DNA of 64,000 nucleotides from a virus. Of the stretch, positions 47,422 through 58,400 are shown in pieces (within the stretch, counting starts at the first letter, position 1; each line of letters starts with the position of its first letter). The translations under genes were made by a program, and so were the position numbers. The notes below the pieces were generated by a model. That model was not told the DNA's origin. It worked only from the letters and a program-made list of their open reading frames with translations, and did no database searches. Location: positions 32,001-96,000 of IMG/VR virus record IMGVR_UViG_3300042350_001802. One strand, written 5' to 3'.

Positions 47422-49401
47422 ATGAAACGCAAAGTAAAAATTGTTAAGAAACCTAGTTATGAATCAGGTGGGATGCACACAGGTGATCAGCAAAACTATG
47501 GACTATATCGTGGTGGTGGACAGATGCACGATTATATGACAGGTCCTGAACAAGCATCCACTGAAGGTATTCGTACAATGTATCCTGAAGTTCCTCGTGA
47601 TCAAGCAAGTATTGAAGTGGAAAAAGGTGAATATATTATACCAGCAGATATGACTGCATTATATAAAGTGGGTGGAAAGAAACACTCGCAAGGCGGTACT
47701 CCCGTATATGCAAAAGGTGGTGAGTATGTCGTATCTGACTATATAACAATGCCTGATGGTTTGCAAGAACTGTTAGGTTTTGAAGGAAAAACGCGTAAGA
47801 AAAAAGACAATACTATTGCTGCTCTTCTTGGTGACAAGGTGGATGCTAAAGAATACAATCGTCTTAGTAAAATTATACAAGATGATTTAAGTGGTAAAGA
47901 TGTAGATCAGTTTGAACTTGCGACAGCTCGTAATAGAATGCCATTATATCAAGAGTATGTATCTAAAGCTGCATTTGGTGGTGAAATGGCAAAAGCGTTA
48001 CAAGGAAAAGATTATGAGATTCCAGCTATTGCTCAACCTGCTATGGAAAAGATTATGATGGGGTCAAGACTTAATATGGTAGAACAAGAACCTCTTGCAG
48101 AAGCTAAAATGGGTGGTGAACTTGTTAAATATCAAACACGTGGTAAAGTTCCTAAATCTAAAGTGCAAGAATATTTAACTCAGGGATGGGCAGCAAATCC
48201 AGAAGGAACTGTTCTTTCTAGAACAGTATCTAGTCCAGGGACTCTGACTCCTGGGAAAACAATTGTTATTCGCAATACAGGTTCTGTAAACGATTATGAT
48301 TATGTAAAACAAAATCCTTCTGAGTTTCCTAGTTTTTTAGTTAAATCAGGATGGGGTCAAGCACCTGATGATCTTGCACGTAAAGCTTGGGAGACATGGA
48401 GATTAACAACACAACGTCCTACATATACACCAGGGACAAGTACAACAGAATATATGGATGTTGTTTCTGAAGAAGCTCCAGGTGTAACTGGTAGTACAAC
48501 TGGAACAACTAGTGGTGATAAACCTGCTAATGGAAATGTAACTATTAAGATTACTGGTAATAATACAGGAACAACAGGGGGTAAATCAGAAACAACAGGG
48601 GGTGATAGTGGTACAGAATCATCAACTTATAAACAACCATGGACATCTGGTGCTCAACCTTGGTGGACACAAAATGTTCTTCAAACAGGAATGCTTGCTG
48701 CTGATTTATTTAATAGACAAAGAATAGGACCTTGGGAAGCTTCTGTTGATGCTGTATATCCTACTGCAGTGTTTAGAAGTCCTCGTCAAGCTATTGCTGC
48801 TATACAATCAGATGCTGCTAGTGCAAGACGTGCTGCTGCAATGCTTGCTGGTCCTCAACGTTTTGCTGCTACTAATGCTGCTATATCTGCACAATCTGTA
48901 CGTCCAATCATGCAAGCAGAAGAAGCTGTTAATGCAGCTAATCAAAATGTTGCTAATCAACTGACTATGCAAGCTATTCCTGATGTAGCTAATAGATTGG
49001 CAATGATGAGAGCAGATCGTGCTACAAGATTGTACGATAAGAACACTGTATTATCTGCTCAAGCTAGAGAAGAAGATCGTATGAAACTTGCAGCACTGCT
49101 TGAAAAAGGAATTATTCCTGGAATGAAAGAAGCTATGAAAACATCTTGGTTGAATGCACTCACTAAATATCCTGTAGACCCTAGAACAGGTGTTATGTAT
49201 TTTAGAGGTGGAAAAGATCTTAATGAAGATCCTACAAGTCAAGGAAATATAGAGTCTGATATTGCTACAATAGAACGTCTTAAGAAAATGGGACTATCTG
49301 GAGATGAGGCAGTTAAGTATGTTATTGGAATGCGTTCATCTAGCAGACGTGGTGGTCAATCACCTGAAGAACTATTTTTAAGAATGCAAGGACTCATTTA
49401 A
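47422..49401 (+). CDS. Putative ejected cargo protein
   Basis: IEVEKGE...GKKHSQGG...GEYVVS motif; Ala/Gln-rich C-terminal helices; ATG at 47422 preferred. Confidence 0.55.
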   Translation: MKRKVKIVKKPSYESGGMHTGDQQNYGLYRGGGQMHDYMTGPEQASTEGIRTMYPEVPRDQASIEVEKGEYIIPADMTALYKVGGKKHSQGGTPVYAKGGEYVVSDYITMPDGLQELLGFEGKTRKKKDNTIAALLGDKVDAKEYNRLSKIIQDDLSGKDVDQFELATARNRMPLYQEYVSKAAFGGEMAKALQGKDYEIPAIAQPAMEKIMMGSRLNMVEQEPLAEAKMGGELVKYQTRGKVPKSKVQEYLTQGWAANPEGTVLSRTVSSPGTLTPGKTIVIRNTGSVNDYDYVKQNPSEFPSFLVKSGWGQAPDDLARKAWETWRLTTQRPTYTPGTSTTEYMDVVSEEAPGVTGSTTGTTSGDKPANGNVTIKITGNNTGTTGGKSETTGGDSGTESSTYKQPWTSGAQPWWTQNVLQTGMLAADLFNRQRIGPWEASVDAVYPTAVFRSPRQAIAAIQSDAASARRAAAMLAGPQRFAATNAAISAQSVRPIMQAEEAVNAANQNVANQLTMQAIPDVANRLAMMRADRATRLYDKNTVLSAQAREEDRMKLAALLEKGIIPGMKEAMKTSWLNALTKYPVDPRTGVMYFRGGKDLNEDPTSQGNIESDIATIERLKKMGLSGDEAVKYVIGMRSSSRRGGQSPEELFLRMQGLI

Positions 49402-49454
49402 ACATTATAAGTTTAGTTTTAAACTTCGAAGATTTATTGTTATATTATAAGTAG
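49398..49454 (+). promoter_or_regulatory. Putative phage late promoter/operator (copy 2)
   Basis: TTAAACATTATAAGTTTAG followed by TTGTTATATTATAAGTAG. Confidence 0.45.
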
Positions 49455-49462
49455 AGAATACC

Positions 49463-52441
49463 ATGGCAACATATATTAAAGGATTGATGGATAGCCCGCT
49501 TGCGGTGACACCGTTTACTCCAGACTATAGTTTTTTGCAGACTGTAATGAAGACAAAGGATGCAGAATACGAACAGGGGTTTGCGAAAGTTAAAGGTTTA
49601 TATAACTCCCTACTCAATTCAAAAGTATCTAATGCTGAGGATCAAGAGGTTCAAAAAGCATATATAGCTGATGCAGAACGCAAGCTTCAAAATCTTGCAA
49701 GTGTTGATTTATCTGTTCCGCAAAATGTAGGAATTGCAAATAGCGTATTCAAAACATTTCTTAATGATGATGAGTTGATGTATGATATTAATCTCACCAA
49801 ACTTTCTGATCAACAACTAGCATTAGGACAATCTTTTTTATCATCCGATGATGAAAAACAACGTGCAAAACATTCTTCTATATCTGATGAATACGTTAAA
49901 ATACCTACAGATGAGTTAAAAAGAGCAAAGCGTGGGGATGGTAGTATTCTACAAGTGAGACCTCGTTATTATGTACCTTCTGTTAATCTATACGAAAAGT
50001 TTAAAGGATTCTTAGATGTTTCTAAGTATAAAGCAGTACAAGAATCTCCAAATGGACAGGGATATATATTTACTACTGTTGATGGTAAGAAGGTAGAGAT
50101 GGGGGTATACAATCTTATGAATGGTCTCCTTACAGGAGATGAGCGTAAATATTTTGATGCGTGGGGTGAAGTTGTTTTTAATCGTGAAGTTAATAACTAC
50201 TTTCAGCAAGGAATGTCTGATAAAGATGCTCGAATGGCTGTTGCTACAAATCTTTATACAGAAAACCTTGAAGCATTAACTAAAAGTAAAAATGCTACTA
50301 TTGCAGATAAAGCTCTTGTAGATGCAAAGATTACATCTCTTCAACAATTAAATAGACCTCTTACACCATATGAACAAGAACTATCTACCAGCTTAACAAT
50401 ATCTGCATTAGATTATAAAAAAGCTATAGATTATTATGAATCAACTATTAATAAAGAAATATCACAAAAGGATGACACCATTAGAAAAAATTTTGAGGGT
50501 AAGTCAAAGGTGTTTAGTGATATGATCTTAGAAAGAGATCTTAGATCAATAGCAAAAGGTGTTGGAACTTTAGCTCAAAGTTCAGAAGTTAAATCTGATG
50601 ATGCATACTGGAAAAAACTTGAGCATTTACGCGGTATGGAACAGTTGGAAATAAATCGTATGAAAGCTATTGCAGGTATGTCTGATGGTGATTCTGGTGG
50701 AGGTAGTGGTGGTGGAACAGGTGGTGGGGGTCGTAAATTAACAGAAGCTGAAAAACTTTTAGCAAAAACAAACACCCCAACATATGAAGGTTTACAAGCT
50801 GTTCCAAAAGATGAAGGTAAACCCCTACCTAGATTTTATAATAATCTAAATATGATTTATGATGCTATGATGGATGCTGGTATAAAAGGAATTGGTGAAA
50901 TGTTAGGGGAGGAATTTAGTAAGGGAGGACCAGCTGCAATATCTGTGCTTACAAACTTTTTAGTTAAGAAAAAACAAGAGGGTAAGTTTTTTGATGAAGC
51001 TGTAGAAATTAACAGAGGAACTGGTCCAGAAGCAGAAGCAATGAGACAGTTTATAAAAGTTTACAAAGAAGATATTACACCATATTTATCTAAAGCTGGA
51101 AAGTTTGGTCCTAATGATCCTATCTCTTATGGAGATGTATATGATTTTCTTTTAAATAGATCATATACACAGTATGATAGTCAAAAGGAAGTTTTTGGTG
51201 ATGCTAAAAAAATTGAGCTTTTGAGAAACTCATTTGGTCAAATAGAGCAGTTAAAACAACTTGCTGATATATATGAAAACGATAAGCAAACTCTTGAAGA
51301 TAAAGTTTATTCGCAAGCTGATATTATTCTTGGTCCTGATAAATATGATGTTTCGTTATTGTTTAAAACAGATGCTAACGGTTATAAAAGATTGATTACA
51401 AAAAACGAACTAAATGATATTTATGCTGCAAAAAGATTAGAGATGCAGAAAGAATTAGCAGCAAAAGGTTTTTATAATAGAGATGATGTTGCCAGATCTA
51501 CTAGAATGGCAAATGTTGTAAATGATTATGATAAGATAGAAGAAACTCTTAATAAATATGTTGGAGAAGGATTAACTGCTAATAAATTTACTCTCAGCAA
51601 AGAAGCATTAAGTCAATTTGGAACTTATTATCTTCCATTTAGATCTGATGTTCCTGGTGAAGTTGCAGAAAATTCTATAGCAATGCTATTAAGTGATGCT
51701 AATTTAAGTGTTGGAAAAGATAATACTAAAAATGCTATAGATCTTGTTCCTTTATTAGGAACAGATGATTTATCTCAAGGTGATGTAGATGCAGCACGTA
51801 AGGTACTTGCACAACTTGCTTCTGATTTAAAAAATCCTGATAGCGGATATAGCGGAACGGTACAGTTTAAACAGTTTACTGGTGATCGCGCAGATAATAG
51901 AAAAGAGTATGTTATTAGAATAGACTCTAAAAAACTTCAAGATCAAGCAGATTTTTATGAGAAGAAAGATAATCGTACTAACGAAGATTTGGTAATAGGT
52001 AGTATATATAGAAGGATTATTAAAGAGGGAGGTGTATCAGTAAGAACAAATGATCCTATACCAGGTGGTACAGGTGAGTATAATGTATTAGAAAGATATT
52101 ATCAATCACGAAATAAGTATACATCACCAGAAATGGCAAAAGATCTTTATCAGTTTACTATTCTTAAAAAAGTTGGGGATCAGGGGTATGAACTATCTCC
52201 TGATTCATATTATATGGTTAAAAACCCTACAACAGGAGCTCCTGAAAAGATTAATTTAACAGGTATTGATTTTCCTCCACAATCTAGTTTTTTAGGACTT
52301 GCTGCAGAAACTACAAACTATATTATTGCTAGAATAGAAGCGTACACTAAAAAGCTTCAGCAGCAGCAAGCTAATCCTGGAAATACTAAAGTATATATGC
52401 AAGATATACTTAATCAGTATAATTATAAACCAGGTCAATAA
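49463..52441 (+). CDS. Large helical cargo/ejection protein
   Basis: 992 aa; MATYI...PFTPD N-terminus and a Gly linker; lies before the giant RNAP-region genes. Confidence 0.55.
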   Translation: MATYIKGLMDSPLAVTPFTPDYSFLQTVMKTKDAEYEQGFAKVKGLYNSLLNSKVSNAEDQEVQKAYIADAERKLQNLASVDLSVPQNVGIANSVFKTFLNDDELMYDINLTKLSDQQLALGQSFLSSDDEKQRAKHSSISDEYVKIPTDELKRAKRGDGSILQVRPRYYVPSVNLYEKFKGFLDVSKYKAVQESPNGQGYIFTTVDGKKVEMGVYNLMNGLLTGDERKYFDAWGEVVFNREVNNYFQQGMSDKDARMAVATNLYTENLEALTKSKNATIADKALVDAKITSLQQLNRPLTPYEQELSTSLTISALDYKKAIDYYESTINKEISQKDDTIRKNFEGKSKVFSDMILERDLRSIAKGVGTLAQSSEVKSDDAYWKKLEHLRGMEQLEINRMKAIAGMSDGDSGGGSGGGTGGGGRKLTEAEKLLAKTNTPTYEGLQAVPKDEGKPLPRFYNNLNMIYDAMMDAGIKGIGEMLGEEFSKGGPAAISVLTNFLVKKKQEGKFFDEAVEINRGTGPEAEAMRQFIKVYKEDITPYLSKAGKFGPNDPISYGDVYDFLLNRSYTQYDSQKEVFGDAKKIELLRNSFGQIEQLKQLADIYENDKQTLEDKVYSQADIILGPDKYDVSLLFKTDANGYKRLITKNELNDIYAAKRLEMQKELAAKGFYNRDDVARSTRMANVVNDYDKIEETLNKYVGEGLTANKFTLSKEALSQFGTYYLPFRSDVPGEVAENSIAMLLSDANLSVGKDNTKNAIDLVPLLGTDDLSQGDVDAARKVLAQLASDLKNPDSGYSGTVQFKQFTGDRADNRKEYVIRIDSKKLQDQADFYEKKDNRTNEDLVIGSIYRRIIKEGGVSVRTNDPIPGGTGEYNVLERYYQSRNKYTSPEMAKDLYQFTILKKVGDQGYELSPDSYYMVKNPTTGAPEKINLTGIDFPPQSSFLGLAAETTNYIIARIEAYTKKLQQQQANPGNTKVYMQDILNQYNYKPGQ

Positions 52442-52460
52442 AGTTTAAATTGTAAACAAG

Positions 52461-55400
52461 ATGCCAGATAAAAGTAATATTGACCCTGGGTTTGGTGTTT
52501 TAGTACCTAACAGACCATATGATGTTCCTGAACAAAGAACACCTGTGGTTGCACCTCCAGGTCCTTTATATGGAGAAGGACCATCTGTTTTACAAACAGA
52601 ACAGGAAGCTCTAGATAAGTTTAGAAGACAAGCTGGTTCTCATTTTGAGTTTCAATCTCTTATACAACCTATTCGTTATGATGATCCAATGTACGATAAA
52701 TTACAACGTACATTTGATAATGCTGATAGAGACTATCTATTTCAGAAGTTGGGGTTTATGCCTAACAGAGATAATGAAGATTTGTTTGCTAATAACTTAA
52801 CTAGATGGCAGAAGTTGGGACTTGCATGGGATCAGATGGGAGAACTTGCAAAAACTACATTTGCAGAGCAATGGGAAACAGAAGCAGAGTTTTGGGGTAA
52901 TCTTGCTACAGCAAGAGTGAAAGACGCTTTCCTACCTTTTGGTGATCAAGAAGAACTACAAAGCATGTATGATAACATGCAGTCTATTAGTAGTAATAAT
53001 TACATCCCATTAACTTCTGAAGAAAGAGCTGGTGACTATGGATTTGGAAAATTTTCTACAGCGCTAGGACAGTTTGGATTTACACTAGGTACAATAGGTG
53101 CTTTTGCTACACAACTTGGACTTGAGTATGCATTTGCTGCTCTCACTGCTCCAGAAACAGGAGGAGCATCTATAGTAGCTGCTGGTGCTAGTACAGCAAA
53201 TAAAGCAAGTCGATTACTTCGTATAGCTGAGATGTTTAAAAATCTTAATCGTTTTGAGAATACTGCTCAGACAACTAATAAGATTAAACAAGCATATGAT
53301 TATTTAACTAACACACAAAATCTAAAAACAGGTTTTGGTAAGTTTTACTCTTTTTCCAAACAATGGAATGCTGCTGCTGGAGAAGCTAAATTTGAAGCTG
53401 CTTTTTCTTATGGGGATCATGTTAACTCAGAAATAGAGAAAGCTAAACAACAGGGGATAACACTTTCATTTGCAGATAGAGAGAGAATTGAAAAGGATGG
53501 GATGGAGATTGCAATGAGAAACGGTATAACAAACACAGGATTATTGTTTGTTATGAACCGTATGAACATGAACAATCTCTTTAGAGGTCCTTTTAATCCT
53601 CAGCGTCGTTATATGACCGAACTAGCATCTAGTATACAAGATGACTTAGTTAAGGTGGGTGGGAAGACTATGTCTCGTTTTGAGGTTCCTTTCTTTACAA
53701 AACAAGGAATGCTTCAAGCAGGTAAGAGTCTTGGTACATGGACTGCTAATAGTGCTTGGGAAGGTGTTCAAGAAGTGGGTCAAGGTATATCTTCTAACTA
53801 CTGGGAAGCATTTTATGATAATAAATATAGTGAAGAAAAGGTAAACAATCTATATCTACTTGGTAAAACCATTGGGGATAGATTAGAAAGTAATGAAGCT
53901 TTTGAGGAGTTTATCAGTGGTTTTATTATTGGTGCTCCAGGTAGTATGGTGAATGCTGGGTTAGGTAGATTAATGACCAGTGGTGCACAACGTGCTCAAT
54001 ATAAACAAGCAGTTAGTGACTATGCAAAGAAAATAAACGAATACGAGAATGATCCTTTAAGAGTGTTTGATCAGCGTAAAGCTAATGCTAATACGCAAAT
54101 GTCTGTTTCTAGTCAAATGGACGAAGCTGTTCGTACCAATAATGTATACGCATACAAGAATCTTTCAAAAGAGCAGATGCGTGATATGATTATGTTAGGT
54201 ATTCGAACTGGAAAACTTGATTACATGATTGGCAATATGAAAGACCAGGTTGCTAATATGTCTGATGAAGATTTTCAAAAACAGTTCGCTATGGTGTCTG
54301 ATGCTACTAATAGAAAGAAAGCAACAGACTACATTAACGCTTTTGAACAAGAATCTATTAACATTCTTAAGGAGTATGATAAGACTAAACAACTTTTCCC
54401 AAATCCATATAGTAACACAAAAAATGTTGCAAAGGGTTCCCCAGAAGAAATTAATCAAAAGATTAAATATCAAGCGTGGGAAGATGCTGTACAAGATTTA
54501 GTATTTGAAAGAAATAACTACAACGATACGTTAAAACGTATGCGTGAGATATTAGGAGACTCTAAGGATTATATTGGTGATGCTCTTTATAACACATACC
54601 AGATGTTGACATCTGATAGAAGTGTAGATAAAGAAATATCAATGCTTCAGTTAGAGATTGCTAATGATCTGAAGATAGAAAACAAAGATAAATCCGTACT
54701 AGACAGAATCAATAAAAAGAAAAAGCAGATTGAAGCTCTTAAAAAATGGAGACAGTCATACACTGCTATAGTTGATTTTAGAGATAACCCTCAACCTATT
54801 GACTTACTTCAAGATAGTACAGCAGATCAGGAATGGAAAAATAAGTCTCGTGATGTATTTGAGGAAGTGTTAAATGCATACCAACTTGATGAAGATCTTA
54901 CACCTCTTACATCAGAAAATGTAGGAAGAGCATATCAGGGTGTATTGGATTTTATTCAACTCCAAAAAGATAACGAGACAGCTGTAAAGAACATATCCTT
55001 TTTATCTTCTCCTGAAGGGTTTGATCAAAACTTTGGACAACGTGCATTACAAGCAGAACTTTTTTATAACAAAGTGCTACAGAATAGAAAAGAAACTATT
55101 CAAAAAAGAGAAGCTGTTTTACAAGCTTTAGAAGAGGATGCTGAGTTTTACAATCGTCCCGATGTACAGGAACTTGTTCAGATATTAAACCAAACTATTG
55201 CTGAAAGTGAGCATGATGCTTCTGCAGTTATTCTTGATATGCTTCAAGAAATATATGAGAAGGGAGAAATTGCAGAACCTGTAAATATTGAAGACACATC
55301 AAAAGACAGTGCAGATAAACCACTTATTGGTGAAACACCGGAAGGAGATTATCTTATAGCATTTGAGGGCGTTAACTATCAAGTGTTTAAAGATGAACCA

Positions 55401-58400
55401 GAACTATTCTATGTAGAAATGCCAGATGGTACTATTGATCCTATTGAAAATATTAATGTGCCACAAGCAGTTAAAGATGCTTTAAAAGATTATATAGCAA
55501 AAAAGACACAACCTCAGCAACCATCTACTGCTGTTGTAGGTGGTCCACCTCCAAAATCATCTCAACCTTCCAATTTAACTTTTACAGATTTTCTTTCCAA
55601 GATTGCGAATGCGGATCAAGCAACTCTATCTGGATTAGCTGAGGACATATCTAAAAATGTTACCACTGCACCATATTCTAATTTTAATAATGCAGAGCTT
55701 GGAATGATCTATGACGCTATGGAAAAAAGACAAGCGGAATTAGATTTACAAGCACAGAAAGCAAAACCAAAAGTTGGAACTAAATCTGAGAATGACACAG
55801 ACTTTATACAAGAATATAATGAAGCTTTAACTAAGGTGAAGCAAATTGTTGATAAAGAAGGTGTTACAGCAAATGAGGTGAAAGCTGCATTTGCTAGCAT
55901 GATGACTGTATTAAATACACTAGCTGATGCTGCAGTACGTAATAAATACATTGCTAATCTGATTACACAACAGAATGCAATTATTGATCGTATAAATAAA
56001 ATTAACTACGCTAAAAACCCAGTTCTCATCAAGTCCACTATAGATGATATCTTTAAGAATAATACATCTTTAGAAACAGCAGTTCAAGAGATATTGGTGC
56101 TGTTTGAAAACTCTACAGATCCTTCTATCAAAGAGGAAATGATATCCTATTTTGAAGAAGCATTTAAAAAGAAGGTAGATGAAATGACTGAATCTTTGAA
56201 AGCACTTGCAAGTCAAGGAGTTACATCAGAGGTTCTTAAAAAGTTTGCAGAAGAGACTACAAAGTTTAGAAACAATGTCATCGCTAGTCTTAACGAACTA
56301 GAAACACTTAGTGGTCAGATTGCGGATGAAACAGCTAATAATAACTACAACCTTGCTGTAAGTGTAGATGAGTCTTTTACAAATCCTACACATAGGTATA
56401 TTATTGATAATATATCACCCACCATCAAAGCAACTTTGTCGCAAACCATTGCGATAAGAAACCTTGTAAATGCTGGTATTCTTACAGAAGATGAAGTTGC
56501 AACTACCGACCAGGATATTTTAGTAGAAGCAAGCGATCTTATCAATCTTGGAGTTGCTCGTATTTTTACAATCGGTATTAACAAAGAGCTTCATCGCTAT
56601 TTTACTCTTGGAAAGAAGGATAGAAAGAAAGACTTAGAAGATATTATAGCAACATACTTAGAGACCAAAGATGACGATTTTAAAGGACCAATAGCTTTAG
56701 AAACAGCTCGTGAGTTTATTAAAACTGCAGAAGACAATGGTCAGTCTGTAGATGTTCTTTTAGAAGCTTTAGAGATTCCCACTACATCAATTATTTCAGA
56801 CGAACATAGAGATCTTCTTGATAAACAACGTCGTGTACTTAATGACTTGCTTAGAAATAACGCAACATTAGATATAATGACAAGTCTTGATGAAAGACAA
56901 AACACCGCTCTTTCTTCTCTAGGAATGGAGACTGTTGAACCTTCCTATTTTATTGATGGAGAATTTATAAACAAGCTATCAAAGCTCTCTAAGAAAGATG
57001 CTGATAAGGTGGCAATGAAGTCTGAATTAACAGCACTTGTAAATGAAGTTAAAGACGAAACTGATATAAAAGTTGCTAATAAGAAGATAAATACGTTTGT
57101 TCAAAAGTATGCATCAAATAATGCAAGAGCAGCTTCTAATCTTAAAAATGTTGTAATCTCCACTGTTAGTTATATATCTCAAACTCAGAATGCAATCGAC
57201 AGTGGTGAAACCTCTAAAGAACCTCTTACAGATAATGATATTAAGGGTGTTCTAAGTGGGAACACTGTCCCTTTGACATTAGCGCAGATCAACCAAGTAC
57301 AGGAATTTGCTCTAAATGTGGTACTTGAGGATGCCAAGAAGACATTCAATGTTACCAGTGGGTATGTGGGATCTATTGATTTTACACCAGAAATGCTTCC
57401 TGATCCAACCGCAGGGTTTAGAACTAAGTTTTCTGTACTTCGTATCAAGGAAGCAGGTGATATAAGAACTTTAGAAGATCTTAATGCTCTTCTTAAAGTG
57501 GAGAATAATACAGTTAACACCCATACTGCTCTTAGAATGATAATGGATAGTGACTTTTCCACTCCTTCTGAGAAGATGATTGCGGGTAGACTTCTTACTA
57601 TTATACCATCAACTGAAACTATTACTATTGACAACGCTCAAGAAGATCTTGGTACATACGATGTTGATACTAATATGGTTACCATCAATCTTGCGTCAGT
57701 AGGATATAAAGAAGATGCTCCAACATATCCAGTAGAAACACTTATTTTACATGAGCTTTTACACCGTGTAATCGAGGTAGAAGCATCTAACCCTAAGAGT
57801 TCTTTTTACAATCAAATTAGATCTGTAATAGAGGTTGTAAAGAACAACCCAGCATCTAAAACTTTTTACGCATTCCAAGGAAATCTCACTGAAGATGAGC
57901 AAGTTAGAGAGTTTGTAATAGAAGCACTCACTAATCCTGCGTTCCAATACCATTTGTCTCAGATTCAATACGCAAAGAGTGGAAAGACAGCATGGGAGAA
58001 GTTTGTAGATGTGTTGGTTAAGATGCTAGCAGCAGTCGGTATTAATGTAGATGGTACAGCACTAGGAGAAGTTCTTAATGTAACTGACGATCTTTTAAGA
58101 TTTCAAGCATCAGAGGAAACACTTAAGAGAATATCCGTAGCTAATAAAGAACAACTTGGTGAATTACAAAAAGAGGTTGAGTCTGATACGACTATGATAC
58201 CATCTGTAAAAGATGCTATGATGTCCTTGATTAACAAGAAGTTACAAGGATATGCATCTGCTGAGATGTACAATAAGACTAAAACCATGAATCCATTTAA
58301 AGGATCTGATGGTATAACTTATTACTATGCAATTGATAATGGGTCTCTACTTGTAGTACGTAAAGGTCGCGATGGTTATAAAGAATCTAAGAAACAGTCT

